Origin: an uncultured archaeon
Lineage (GTDB): Archaea > Asgardarchaeota > Lokiarchaeia > Sigyniarchaeales > SOKP01
NCBI GenBank assembly: GCA_964388035.1
Contig: CAYLZE010000013.1
Span: 1 to 64,000, forward strand
Length of the DNA stretch: 64,000 nucleotides
Reading direction: 5' to 3'
Below the pieces are notes generated by a model that saw only the letters and a program-made list of their open reading frames with translations, searched no databases and was not told where the DNA came from. Positions 20,072-30,793 of the stretch are shown in pieces (position 1 is the first letter of the stretch; every line of letters starts with the position of its first letter). The position numbers were made by a program, and so were the translations under genes.

Positions 20072-21424
20072 CTATACGAGAGTTTCTTTCTCTTCTAGTT
20101 CAAAGTCCAGTTTAATAAATTTTTTAGCATAGAAGTAGGTTACTAAGAGTATGATAGCACAAAGTGGTCCCCACATCACATAACCAAGGGATTCTTGACC
20201 AATTTGAAAGGCATAATTGGGAAGCTCCAAGAGTAAACCTGCTATGAATAATCCGATGGCTTGAAATATGTTTAGAGGTAAATAAGGAAACCCCGCATAA
20301 AGCCCAGCCTTTAAAACACCACTACCCTTCTTTGCATCGTTTTCCGCCATGTCTGCATAAATTATAAAAGGAAATATTTGCCAACCGCCTAATCCGATAG
20401 CTATCAATGGAATAAAGATTAAACCAAAAATAAGAGGACTGGGGAGGGGAATCATTGGAATTAAGGAGATCGGGAGAACTATTGCGGAAAAGAGAAATAC
20501 CCAATTGAGTGTTCTTGCTTTTCCAAATCTATCTATGCTTTTGCGACAAAAGTAGATACTAATGATTAGAACAATGACCATCACGAGAGAAAGAATGACA
20601 TACCCCATGAAATCTATACCTAAGACTACTTCAGTCAGGGGTAAAAGATACTGCTGTGCTATCGCCCATGCAAACTGGGCTAATCCGACTAGAATGGCGA
20701 AATGAATGAAATTGTAATCCTTGAGAAGATTTTTGAAATCTTTTAGGAGTGTAGTCTTAATCTCCCTTTTCATTTCTACGGGCATAGAAAATGCAGTAAT
20801 ATAGAAGAAAGCAACCATCATGGTGCTAAAAAGAATAACTGATAAAAAGAAAATTGGAGGTATATTTGCAGCATTTGTCGATAATTGCTCTTGAGCAGAG
20901 GTAAGTACCAACATGGAAAAGACTACCATTACTGCAGTGCCAACAATCATGAATACATTCTGTACAGCAGAAACTCTCGGACGTTTATCGGTAGGAAAAA
21001 GTTCTGCCAGCCATGCTTGATAAGGAGATAAGATACCATATAATCCTTGGAATGCGACATTTGTGACTGTAAACCAACCAAATAATTGTAGTTGTGAGGA
21101 AGTAGCTCCTAAGAACAAGCCAGGCATTACTAGAAACACGAATGAGAGAGCGAGGAATGGAGAAAGAAATAGGATGAACGGTTTTCTTCTACCTAACTTA
21201 GCCGTAAAGGGAAAATGATCAGAAACCCAGCCAAAAAAGAACTGCAATATTGCAATTGACACTTTTCCTAAAGCTAACGCAAGCCCTACATACAAGCCAG
21301 CAAGATTATATGCAACACCATACAAGAATAAGAGAGAAAAATCTGCAAATCCCATTAACATTGAAGATGCTAATCGGGGCAGAGCATAAAGAGCACTATT
21401 AGGACTTTTTATCGTCTCAGACAT
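20072..21424 (-). CDS. MFS transporter (GPH-like)
   Basis: GWVSD..LGRRKPF and ~12 TM segments. Confidence 0.88.
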   Translation of the reverse strand: MSETIKSPNSALYALPRLASSMLMGFADFSLLFLYGVAYNLAGLYVGLALALGKVSIAILQFFFGWVSDHFPFTAKLGRRKPFILFLSPFLALSFVFLVMPGLFLGATSSQLQLFGWFTVTNVAFQGLYGILSPYQAWLAELFPTDKRPRVSAVQNVFMIVGTAVMVVFSMLVLTSAQEQLSTNAANIPPIFFLSVILFSTMMVAFFYITAFSMPVEMKREIKTTLLKDFKNLLKDYNFIHFAILVGLAQFAWAIAQQYLLPLTEVVLGIDFMGYVILSLVMVIVLIISIYFCRKSIDRFGKARTLNWVFLFSAIVLPISLIPMIPLPSPLIFGLIFIPLIAIGLGGWQIFPFIIYADMAENDAKKGSGVLKAGLYAGFPYLPLNIFQAIGLFIAGLLLELPNYAFQIGQESLGYVMWGPLCAIILLVTYFYAKKFIKLDFELEEKETLV

Positions 21425-21771
21425 TGATATTACTTTTTTTTATCAATTCTAAAATCTAATTTTTATCGTAAATATAAACCTATAAGTGATATATTTTATT
21501 GAAATGAATATAAATCTTTTGCTTATTTCACTTCTCTATTTTAATTCTAATTATTTTTACGGCAAAAATTAAGCATTTAAATGCGTTTTTTCAAAAATGA
21601 GAGATTTATAGGTATGAAAACATGAATTTGTACGAGCGTTAAAAAATAAATTAAAAAAGAGAGAGAGTATTGATCGAGTTTCAAGATCGAGTCTGCGTCT
21701 GGGAAAGGTATTGAGATACCGGAATGATATTAATATAAGAAAATAAAAAAAATATAGAAATCATTATTGAT

Positions 21772-23502
21772 TCATTGAATACCTTCTTCTTTTTCTCTTT
21801 TTTTAAAGTCTCTTAACAACTTTGAAAATTTAGGTAAACTAATGTCAAAATCAAGTTCTGCCAAGGCTTGATCTTGATACGCATGAAAAAGCTCTCCAGA
21901 CAGAGTTTCCCAACTTCTGCAAATTTCTAAAGTATGTTCATCATTTTTTAATAAACTATCCAATGCCATGATGCGAGAAAACTCAGCTACCAGTGGCTCA
22001 ACGGTATCCGTATCTGCTCCTTGGAGAAGATCGCTGCAAAAGTCTTCCGCAGGGTACCAATCCTTTACTCTCTGCATATCTCGGTGGATTTGGGTTAAGA
22101 GCACGTTTCGCGGTCCTTCCCACAGTTCCATTATCATGCTATCTCTCTGCATGCGCGGAAAAGATAAAAAGTCTTCCATGATTCCGTGCCCGCCAAAAAA
22201 TGATATTGCCCGTCGAATAAGGGCGGGAGCATCATCCGCAACCACGATTTTCTGGAGCATGACCAATTCCCGTAACCTAAAACGCCGCTTTCGCTCCTCC
22301 ATATCATCTATCTTTTGGAGATCGCGAATTCCGGCAATTAGTTCTTCCCCGAAATGGATATATTCGGAATACACTTTAAAAGCCCCAGCCGCGGCGCGCA
22401 TGGCGTGATGATTCAAATCATTAATCTGATTTATCATCAAGGGAAAGGAAGAAACCGGAACACCAAATGCCGTTCGAAATTGAGCATAGAGACTTGCTTC
22501 TCTCGCCACGCGCAAACTTGCCGAAGCCATTCCAAGCGCCACGTGTAAGCGTGAAATGGATAAAACTATCCCGACAATGTTTGCTAATCCTTTTTCAAGC
22601 GGACCTACGGGATATGCCACGGCACCATTATACGTGATTTCCGCCGTGGGAAGTTCAGAAGTTCCCAATTTTGGTTTTAATCTATCAATAGTATAGGAAT
22701 TCCTAATCTCTTTCTTCTTATTTCCTGGAAGCCAAGAAGGAACCACGAAAGCTGCCACCTTGGTGGAGGAAGGCATGCCTTTAGGTTTAGCTGTTACAAC
22801 TGCATAATCAGCATGAACTGCCGAGCAAAAGAATTTTTGGCCGTAAAGACGCCAACAGTGTGAATATCCATCTTCCTTTTCCTTCTCCTCGAACACGGCT
22901 TCCACCAAATTCGAGGGAACATCGCTTCCCCCCTGAATTTCGGTGACAAATTGGGCGCCGACTTTATAGGTACCTCCTTTTCCATCCCTCACTTCTTCCA
23001 AGATTGTCCGCGAGAGTGGATCCAATTTATCTTCAAATTGCTGCATTAACCATACCATGCCATGAGTGCAGGCAATTGGGCACATCACCCCTGCCTCACT
23101 ATTTTGATATAGGAGAAATAACTTCACAAATCTACTCCAAGGGGTATTTCGCATGGGATCAAATAACCCTAAACTAAATATTTCTCTTTCTAATGTTTCT
23201 GTTTCATTACAGCGTTCTATCCTATCGATTCGATGGTCATGGGCATCGTAATGTTTAACCCGGGTTACCTTGATGCGATTTTCAAGGTCGTTTGCCTCAT
23301 TTGCTAAATCACGGAATCTATAGGAAGCATAATCTGAAAGGGCCCTCATATCCCTATCAATTTGTTCGTATTCATCTCTCGCATATTTCTTGACTAAGGC
23401 TTGGAAAAAGGGATCGTCCCGATAATAATTAAAATTATCTCTAACGGTAAGATAATCATCAAACGTGTACGGATTCTCTCTATTTCCTTCTGATTCACTC
23501 AT
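21772..23502 (-). CDS. Acyl-CoA dehydrogenase, AidB-like
   Basis: CPIACT, QFVTEIQGGSD, GQKFFCS, LKPKLGT, FFGGHG and ELWEGPRNV. Confidence 0.9.
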   Translation of the reverse strand: MSESEGNRENPYTFDDYLTVRDNFNYYRDDPFFQALVKKYARDEYEQIDRDMRALSDYASYRFRDLANEANDLENRIKVTRVKHYDAHDHRIDRIERCNETETLEREIFSLGLFDPMRNTPWSRFVKLFLLYQNSEAGVMCPIACTHGMVWLMQQFEDKLDPLSRTILEEVRDGKGGTYKVGAQFVTEIQGGSDVPSNLVEAVFEEKEKEDGYSHCWRLYGQKFFCSAVHADYAVVTAKPKGMPSSTKVAAFVVPSWLPGNKKKEIRNSYTIDRLKPKLGTSELPTAEITYNGAVAYPVGPLEKGLANIVGIVLSISRLHVALGMASASLRVAREASLYAQFRTAFGVPVSSFPLMINQINDLNHHAMRAAAGAFKVYSEYIHFGEELIAGIRDLQKIDDMEERKRRFRLRELVMLQKIVVADDAPALIRRAISFFGGHGIMEDFLSFPRMQRDSMIMELWEGPRNVLLTQIHRDMQRVKDWYPAEDFCSDLLQGADTDTVEPLVAEFSRIMALDSLLKNDEHTLEICRSWETLSGELFHAYQDQALAELDFDISLPKFSKLLRDFKKREKEEGIQ

Positions 23503-23687
23503 AAATCGTAATCAACCTGTTTAAATCTTGATTATTTTTTATTACATGCATGTAAAATGTATCGCATGATCTAATTATTTATGGACTGCTTTTAAAAATT
23601 GCGAGTAATTTTCTAAAATGATTTTGTTATCTTTCCACATTATAAAATACTATTTAAAATAACTTGTTTGAATTAAACTCCTCTAAT

Positions 23688-24515
23688 TTAACTAGGTTGT
23701 CTCTGTTTTATATTGATTCTAAATACTAGTCCATTAATGAAAAATTCTGCTCCGACAACTAAGCTTGCGATACCGATATTTAGACCCACATTATCTCCAT
23801 TTATCACACTTGAAATTGTGATGGGTGTTCCTAGAACCAATAAAATTATTCCAACAAGTATCATGATTGCGAGGAAGATGGGATGCAACTCAAATCTAAA
23901 TCCTAAGTTCGCAAAAGCCCTATAGAGAGTATAAGAGGAAACTTTTTTTGAAATTAAGTCAATGACTTTCTGAGGAATCTCTTTTCCATCCTTTAAAGCA
24001 CCAGCTGCGATATTTAATCCTTTCATTATATTTCTCGTTATATTCTTTCTCTTTTCTAATGGATGGCCGTCAATTGCACCTCCTCCCCCCACGGTAATTC
24101 CTCCTTTCCAAGCAAATCCGCAATCTTGAGAAAAAATTCGACAGATCTGAAGTGCCGTCATGTTTTGAATAGGTTCAGGAAAACCATTGTTGCAGATTGC
24201 AATCAGGTTTGGTGTACTTTTTTTATCTGATTTATCCCGTTCTGTTTTAATTAATTCCATTGTTCTAATCAAAGGAGCTGGTAAGCAATCAATATAAAGA
24301 GGAAATGAGAGGATTATTAAATCCGTATTATTAATCATTTTAAAGAGTTCATTAAGCTTCTCTTCTCGATTTACAATTCTATGGATAAATCTCGTTTCAA
24401 TTGACATTCCCTGTTGCTCTAAGTTTGAGATTAAATAATGTCCAAGAGAAGCAGAGGTACTCTTTTCGGCTCTAGGGCTTCCGACCAAAAGAAGTGCTTT
24501 TTTATTATTCCGCAT
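23688..24515 (-). CDS. Flavodoxin-like NAD(P)H-dependent oxidoreductase with a C-terminal two-helix membrane segment
   Basis: LLVGSPR..STS, FPLYIDCLP, NNGFPE and a hydrophobic C-terminus. A GGAGG RBS lies upstream. Confidence 0.78.
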   Translation of the reverse strand: MRNNKKALLLVGSPRAEKSTSASLGHYLISNLEQQGMSIETRFIHRIVNREEKLNELFKMINNTDLIILSFPLYIDCLPAPLIRTMELIKTERDKSDKKSTPNLIAICNNGFPEPIQNMTALQICRIFSQDCGFAWKGGITVGGGGAIDGHPLEKRKNITRNIMKGLNIAAGALKDGKEIPQKVIDLISKKVSSYTLYRAFANLGFRFELHPIFLAIMILVGIILLVLGTPITISSVINGDNVGLNIGIASLVVGAEFFINGLVFRINIKQRQPS

Positions 24516-25090
24516 ATTCTTTCCTCCACCTTCTTTAATGTCTGAGCAAATTCATTTACAAAATTTGTTATATTTTGATTTTTCGTGTAAATAATCGCTT
24601 CATGAACGGGTGCCCCCATGTTAAGCGAATTGCGATACACTAATTCTTTGAATATTGACTCCTTTTCATTATCTGGCTTATCTAAAATGCCTATAGCAAT
24701 AATAGAAGCCCTATCTTTGTAACGAAATTTATGATGTGTCTCTCCCTTTCTCAATGTTAAAAACGGTAATAATATTGGGAGCATTCGGTCGAGTACTTTT
24801 TTCAACTCAAAGGAATATCCTCCAAAGGCGATTGGCGTAAAATGAATAATTAAATTACCATGAGCCATTTTATTAGTCGTGTCTCGCCCATAATCATCTA
24901 TTTTGCACTTTCCGGGTGTTCTTAACCAGCAATCAAAGCAACCTTGACAAGCTGCGATAGAAAGATCTCGTAAGACGAGGTGTTCTACTTCAAATTCATT
25001 TTTATTAAGTTCCTTCATCATTAGGGAACGAATATTATCAGCATCAGAATCGAAATGAGAAAATCCATCAAATAATATTGCTTTCATCAT
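24431..25090 (-). CDS. Iron-sulfur flavoprotein / flavodoxin family protein
   Basis: CQGCFDCW..TPGKC..DD, TPIAFGGYS and KKVLDR. Confidence 0.85.
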   Translation of the reverse strand: MMKAILFDGFSHFDSDADNIRSLMMKELNKNEFEVEHLVLRDLSIAACQGCFDCWLRTPGKCKIDDYGRDTTNKMAHGNLIIHFTPIAFGGYSFELKKVLDRMLPILLPFLTLRKGETHHKFRYKDRASIIAIGILDKPDNEKESIFKELVYRNSLNMGAPVHEAIIYTKNQNITNFVNEFAQTLKKVEERICGIIKKHFFWSEALEPKRVPLLLLDII

Positions 25091-25521
25091 TTTTGTCTAT
25101 TTTTTCCTATTTGGATTATTTTTCTAATTATGATCGTGTTAAATCAATTGATTCAACTAATAAATTTTTGCTTTCTTTATTTTTTGCTTATTGACTTTTT
25201 TAAGTGTGATCTTTACATGATGTTAAAGAAATACATTATTGACATGTTATTTCCTAAGATAGCAAAAATAGCAATATTAGGATGTAGATTTATTTTACTG
25301 GTATTTTTATAACTCACTTTGAAAGGATGATTCCTTTGAATATGAATCCCTTTAAATCAGATTAATTTAAAATATGATAAGATTTTGAAAATAAATAATG
25401 TTCTGAGATAATAAATGAGATTGAACGCCAAGTGGACAAAAAGGCTTTTTTTATTATTTTATTCTTGATTAAAAATTGCGAGATAAAAAGTAATTAAATA
25501 AGCATTGGAGATGATTTTCTA

Positions 25522-26349
25522 TTATTGATTTTCTTCTTCCTCTTCCTCTTCTAATTCGATTTCTTCCTCTTCTAATTCGATTTCTTCCTCTTCCTCTTCT
25601 TCTTTTTCTTTCGATTTTGACGTACCTTCCGGGACTTTTTTCACGTTTATTCTCTCGGTTCTTCTAATCTCAGATTTTCTGCTTCTTTGAACATCGATCT
25701 CCACGATATCATAGGCTTCATCTGATACTGTTCTATCTTCTCCTCCTTCAGGAATGGAAATCACTTTACTCTTGATAACTGTACAATTAGAGACAGGATA
25801 TATGGTTTTGGCAACTCGAGTGATTTGATTTTCGAATTCTCCATTGATCATGCCATTGATGAATTTTTCGTGATCCAAGGATTTTGCGAACTCCAGCATT
25901 ATTTCCGTCATTATTTTTCTTATAAGATCTTGTTGCGATGATCGTGCTCTTCGGATAGTCACGCAAATTACGGTCACTCGATAGATATATTGATCCTTGG
26001 TGGTTAAATTAGAGATATTCTTTATTTTAGAAGCTCCTCGTCCTACCACGCTGCGTATGTAATCGTTAGTGTAAGAATGTCCCATAAAAACGGAACTACA
26101 TCGCTTGCTCTCATCATTGACGTCCGTAACCTTAAAGGTTAATTTTAAATTAATATCATTAAAGTCATTGGTAAAATCATAGAGGAGAACTTCGATGGTC
26201 CTTCCAAGGATGTTTTCAGGTAATCCGATGATCTCCCCCAACTCCTGATTATTAAAATTATTTGGACTTATGACGGTATACCATTGTTTATCCTTATAAG
26301 TTATTTTTTTAGTTTTAGGTTTCTTACTTTTTTTTGGTTTTTGACTCAT
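25522..26349 (-). CDS. rps3ae: 30S ribosomal protein S3Ae (eS1) with an acidic C-terminal extension
   Basis: KDKQWYTV, LGRTIEVLLYD, DYIRSVVGRG and KTIYP; follows rps15. Start reassigned to ATG 26349. Confidence 0.93.
   Translation of the reverse strand: MSQKPKKSKKPKTKKITYKDKQWYTVISPNNFNNQELGEIIGLPENILGRTIEVLLYDFTNDFNDINLKLTFKVTDVNDESKRCSSVFMGHSYTNDYIRSVVGRGASKIKNISNLTTKDQYIYRVTVICVTIRRARSSQQDLIRKIMTEIMLEFAKSLDHEKFINGMINGEFENQITRVAKTIYPVSNCTVIKSKVISIPEGGEDRTVSDEAYDIVEIDVQRSRKSEIRRTERINVKKVPEGTSKSKEKEEEEEEEIELEEEEIELEEEEEEENQ
25541..25592. repeat. 21-bp tandem repeat (~2.5 copies) encoding EEEEIEL in the eS1 tail
   Basis: tcttcctcttctaattcgatt at 25541 and 25562, plus a partial third copy. 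Confidence 0.85.
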
Positions 26350-26389
26350 GTTGTTTTCCCTTTTTAAGATTTTAATCTTTACCGTGCAA

Positions 26390-26848
26390 TTATTTTGCCA
26401 CGAGTGTTCTGACCTTCTCGGTATCGTATTTGAATTCGGGAGCAAGTACTTTTTTCTGTTTATAGTACTTAATCAAACGATAGATCTTAGCTTCCGTGCG
26501 ATTCAACCCTTTTTTTGCTTCTAAATCTTTTTTATTCGCCTCTAAATGTTTTCGAATGTTTAATGCCTTCCGAATTAAATTCGTCATATCTTCCGGTAGA
26601 GAAGTAGTGATTTCATTTTCTTCTAATATTTGACTTACTTTTTTACCGGTAACCACCTTCGTGAGGGGAACTCCGTGAGAGTCCCGTAATATAATACCAA
26701 TTTGAGATTTCGAAGAACCCCTTCTGGCAAGCTTTACCACGAGTTCCTCGATCTCTTCAGCAGAATGTTCAATCCATACCGGTTTATCTAATCTTGACGG
26801 TCTTGTCGAGCCACTTTTCCCTTTCTTTCGAGAATGAAGTCTAGCCAC
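26390..26848 (-). CDS. rps15: 30S ribosomal protein S15 (uS15, archaeal/eukaryotic S13-type)
   Basis: MARLHSRKKGKSGSTRP, SQIGIILRDSHGVP, LPEDM and RLIKYYK. Confidence 0.97.
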   Translation of the reverse strand: MARLHSRKKGKSGSTRPSRLDKPVWIEHSAEEIEELVVKLARRGSSKSQIGIILRDSHGVPLTKVVTGKKVSQILEENEITTSLPEDMTNLIRKALNIRKHLEANKKDLEAKKGLNRTEAKIYRLIKYYKQKKVLAPEFKYDTEKVRTLVAK

Positions 26849-26974
26849 TGTTATTCCTTTCTATATTTATGATTGATAAAATGATTACAAAACTATATAA
26901 TATGTAATGATAAATAAAGGAAAATAAATAAAATTTGTGGATTTAAGAAAAAAATGGAATATAATTCATGAGTA

Positions 26975-27057
26975 GGATACCCTAGGGATTCTCTATCATT
27001 TTAAACCCCGCGGGTTACCTTAAATATCTCCCGCTTTTTCTTAATCAAGGGTATTCC
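26975..27057 (-). ncRNA. Putative structured RNA (three-way junction) upstream of rps15
   Basis: GC-rich island in an AT-rich spacer. Minus-strand stems: GGAAUACCCU/AGGGUAUCC, GCGGG/CCCGC and GGGGUUU/GAAUCCC. Confidence 0.45.
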
Positions 27058-27149
27058 AAAAATAAAATAACTGTCATATGATATGAAAGGGTTCCTATTT
27101 CAAACCTAATTTTTATAGTTTCATTCATTTTAATTATGAAGGGAACCCC

Positions 27150-27737
27150 ATGAAAAACAATAAAATCTTTTTCATTACTGGAAATCAACACAAGTTTAAA
27201 GAGATTAAAGAAATCTTTGATAAAGAATTTAAAAATGTTATCCTTGAGTGTAAAAACTTGAATCCCGTAGAAATTCAATCGGATGATTTAAAGGAAGTAG
27301 CACTTTTTAAATTAAAAAGCGTGAAGGATGCAATTAATGAAACGTACTTCATAGAAGATGCTGGATTTTTCATTGATCATCCATTGAATGGTTTTCCTGG
27401 TGTATTTTCCTCCTATGTATATAAAAAAATAGGAAATCAAGGGATCCTTAAATTAATGAAAGAACACGTCGATTCCAAGGCACGCTTCATGGCAGTTATA
27501 GCGCTCTATTTTAAGCCTCAAGAAAAGATTCATTTTTTTATAGGCGAGGTATGGGGCAAAGTTTCAACGGAAATCCGGGGAAAACATGGGTTTGGATATG
27601 ATCCTATTTTTATTCCTAACGCAAGACCGGAAAAAACCTTTGGAGAATTAAAAAGTGAAGAAAAAAATGAACTTTCGCATCGGAGCATGGCGGTTAAAAA
27701 GTTAATTAATTTTCTAAAAAAAGAAGGTGTTAATTAA
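27150..27737 (+). CDS. rdgB: Non-canonical purine NTP pyrophosphatase (RdgB/HAM1, ITPase)
   Basis: FITGNQHKFKE, IEDAG, GFPG, GFGYDPIF and EKNELSHR. Confidence 0.95.
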   Translation: MKNNKIFFITGNQHKFKEIKEIFDKEFKNVILECKNLNPVEIQSDDLKEVALFKLKSVKDAINETYFIEDAGFFIDHPLNGFPGVFSSYVYKKIGNQGILKLMKEHVDSKARFMAVIALYFKPQEKIHFFIGEVWGKVSTEIRGKHGFGYDPIFIPNARPEKTFGELKSEEKNELSHRSMAVKKLINFLKKEGVN

Positions 27738-27757
27738 AGATTTCAAGATTTTCTTTT

Positions 27758-30745
27758 TCAAAAGGTTTGCCGGAAAATGTCCATGATGGTGGTCTTGGAA
27801 AGCTTGTACAGAATCAAGTACATGAAAATTACTCCTGCTGATACAGATAGCACAAATACTCTTATCAAGGTGCTCCAATTCAAGGAGAATATCACAGGCA
27901 TCTCCGTCAAGACGGATAGATTAGTCTCCATCAAGTAGGCAGAATACGAACCAATGATCGTGCCCATGATACCTGAAGAGAGCATTAGAAGCATGCTTTC
28001 TATTAAAAACATGTTCCTCACGTGCTTCGTTTTCATTCCCATGGATCTTAAAATTCCAATTTCAAATTTTCTTTCCAGAAATACCGCATACATCGAACTG
28101 ACTAATCCAAAAATGCAAATTATGATCGTGAACATGAGGATGAATTCAAAAAGCACGCTCCGCCGTTCATTCATTTCTGTAACGTATTGCACTTTTGAGA
28201 TAGCATCATCCACGATAAAATTCTTATTGTTAAACCGCGTTTTAATATCACTCAGGGTCTCCTCGATATTTTGTTGTGAAGTATCGAGCAAGGTAATGTA
28301 AATCTTGTCAATTGTCTGGTCGGGTTCCCCTTTATTCTCGATACCCATCAAGTCTGCATAAGTATCTTGGGATACCATTACTCCACCTCCGTTTGCAGAA
28401 AATTGGCTACTTCTAAAGTTGAAAAATCCCGGGATTCCTCCCGAGATGCCTACAACGGTAAATAGGGTTATATTTCCGGGATCATTTTCCACTCTAGGGT
28501 TATAAAAGGTAAGTCGTACTTGTTCGCCTACTTCCTGAACTCCCACGACATCTGCAATTGATTTCGCGATAATGCAGGTCCTATTTCCTTCAAATAATTG
28601 GGTAAATGAATAATTAAATCCACTGCGTGGACTGCTCCAAATAATAAGGTTTTTATCTATTATCTGGGGAAAATCGCGATCAATTCCGATGAAACTAGCA
28701 CTTAAATCATCATGAGCAGCTATATCTGATATGTGTGTTTCATATTTAATTTGAGATTCCCGTGAATAGTAAGAAATCATCCTTGTTATTTGATTTTCCC
28801 CTCCATTATCTTGGAATCCGACGCCTTCTTCCCCCGTTGAAAAGAGGATGGAAATAGCTGCTGTAAAATCGAGGGCATTTGACATGGAAGTGGCTGTTCT
28901 ATCAATCCCAATAAATTCTCGTTGCAATTGTTCATACATTTGTAAATCCACATCACTATTATCACTGGGGCTCCCTTGATTAATGATTACTAAATCCGTG
29001 CCGTATTGGAATTCCAAATTCATGGCCATGGAATTCGCCGACATTTGAGAATATGCAGTAATAAAGAAAATAAAACTGAAACTAATTGCAAACATGACTA
29101 TCGTTGATGTATTGCGCCTTCTATACCTTTTTAGGGAAATGTTAATGATATTTGCATATTTTTTGATAAAGGGTGATATCATTTTCAAGAAAATTTGTTG
29201 GATTAAGGGAATGATGGCAACGGATGCAAACACCATTCCAATTAAAATTGCTGATAATAATGCGATAAACAAGCCCGCGATAAGCATCATATCTCCCGTC
29301 ATGAACACGTTAGGCAGCATTACGAATATGACCATTCCAATGGTAGCCACGGAAATACCGACCAAAAAGCTCTTCATGTTCATGCTTCCTTCTTTTTTCA
29401 CTTCCCATCCCTCATCTTTTGTTTGGAAAGGAGTGATGGACTTAATGATATCAATTCGAGCTGTCTTTATTGCCGGTAATAAAGCAATCACTAAAGATAC
29501 TAAGCTTCCAACAGCGAAAGCTAATAATACAGTTGCGGGTTTTATTACGAATACGACTTCAGAAAATTCAAACTCAAACACGGCAAAAAATCCACTTGCA
29601 ATGGGAGGAGTAATAACGAGACTGATTAAAATACCAATGATTGAACCAAAAATGCCTATCAAGAATCCCTCAAATAATACAATTTTTATGGGAAATTCTT
29701 TCTTACCCCCCACGGTTCTGAGTACACCAAATTCTCGCACGCGCTCCTCTGTAGATGTTGATAAAATGGCGTGAATGAGGATGCCCGTAATGAGCATGGA
29801 GAGTATCGTGACAAACCAAAAGAGGATGGTAGAACTGATCAACGTGAAATTACTCCCTTCAAGCTCTTCCAATTTGGGCATGGAGACGGAATATTCATTA
29901 ATATCTAGCTGATCCTGAATATCATCACTTATAACCCTTAATCGTCTAGTGGTCTCATCTAAATTGCTCGAATCATAGATTAATTCAGGATGTTTTAAGG
30001 TACCGTATATAAAATTTATCTTACCTTGTTTATTGAGAAAATCTTGAGCTTGCTTGATGTTTACTAAAATTAAAGCCGTTTCAAAATTCATGAATTTTTG
30101 TTTTTGTTCACAGATTTCAACGACGGTAACGTTCAGCTCTTCACGATTATAAGATAAATGAATAATGTCTCCTCGAGATACGTTCAGCAGTTTAGCTACA
30201 TTTTTCAAGATGACACATTCCCCCGCAGCAGGTTCTCCCGTATAAATTTCTTTTATATTATCATTAGAAGTGTCATTAACAATTACTAAATCTCCCATGT
30301 GCCCATTAACTGCTTCCCTATGGAAATCTATCCCATATAACTGTAAGGAACCACTTGAATTAGTCTTATCGGATGATGTATGTACTAATTGAAGTATGCG
30401 GGGAAACCATTCATCAATCCCATCAATATTATTTAGCTTAGTTGTAATTATATTCTGATCGAAAAAGGAATCATAAGTAAGATCTGTTTTAACCACCTTG
30501 CTTATCATTACATCCCCTTGACCTGTAGTATTTGTGACAATCTGAATGTAATTATAATTCAATGTATCATTAACCATCCCAATGGAAGTCATTAAACAAA
30601 TGGAAATAGCTATGCCAAAAATACCAAATAGCGCTTTGGCTTTATCTCGTTTCATATCGAGATAAGAATGTTTAATGAATTGCAAATTTATGCGATTTCT
30701 CAACCAATAGAATATTCTCCAATATTTCAGGTTTTTAAATCCCAT
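27758..30745 (-). CDS. ABC transporter permease, MacB/FtsX-like (two FtsX repeats)
   Basis: ERVREFGVLRTVG and ERKFEIGILRSMG coupling motifs, two large extracytoplasmic loops, and two sets of four TM segments. Confidence 0.92.
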   Translation of the reverse strand: MGFKNLKYWRIFYWLRNRINLQFIKHSYLDMKRDKAKALFGIFGIAISICLMTSIGMVNDTLNYNYIQIVTNTTGQGDVMISKVVKTDLTYDSFFDQNIITTKLNNIDGIDEWFPRILQLVHTSSDKTNSSGSLQLYGIDFHREAVNGHMGDLVIVNDTSNDNIKEIYTGEPAAGECVILKNVAKLLNVSRGDIIHLSYNREELNVTVVEICEQKQKFMNFETALILVNIKQAQDFLNKQGKINFIYGTLKHPELIYDSSNLDETTRRLRVISDDIQDQLDINEYSVSMPKLEELEGSNFTLISSTILFWFVTILSMLITGILIHAILSTSTEERVREFGVLRTVGGKKEFPIKIVLFEGFLIGIFGSIIGILISLVITPPIASGFFAVFEFEFSEVVFVIKPATVLLAFAVGSLVSLVIALLPAIKTARIDIIKSITPFQTKDEGWEVKKEGSMNMKSFLVGISVATIGMVIFVMLPNVFMTGDMMLIAGLFIALLSAILIGMVFASVAIIPLIQQIFLKMISPFIKKYANIINISLKRYRRRNTSTIVMFAISFSFIFFITAYSQMSANSMAMNLEFQYGTDLVIINQGSPSDNSDVDLQMYEQLQREFIGIDRTATSMSNALDFTAAISILFSTGEEGVGFQDNGGENQITRMISYYSRESQIKYETHISDIAAHDDLSASFIGIDRDFPQIIDKNLIIWSSPRSGFNYSFTQLFEGNRTCIIAKSIADVVGVQEVGEQVRLTFYNPRVENDPGNITLFTVVGISGGIPGFFNFRSSQFSANGGGVMVSQDTYADLMGIENKGEPDQTIDKIYITLLDTSQQNIEETLSDIKTRFNNKNFIVDDAISKVQYVTEMNERRSVLFEFILMFTIIICIFGLVSSMYAVFLERKFEIGILRSMGMKTKHVRNMFLIESMLLMLSSGIMGTIIGSYSAYLMETNLSVLTEMPVIFSLNWSTLIRVFVLSVSAGVIFMYLILYKLSKTTIMDIFRQTF

Positions 30746-30793
30746 TTTTTTGTTAAATTTTCTTTTTCTTTAAATTCAAATTAAAAGGTTAAT

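Noticed and set aside
26350-26445. N-terminal extension of eS1 overlapping rps15
   Set aside because: It overlaps a conserved gene, and ATG 26349 gives a normal start.
29094-29774. 226-aa plus-strand ORF and the many other short antisense or nested ORFs in the track
   Set aside because: These are shadow frames of well-supported genes and have no motifs.
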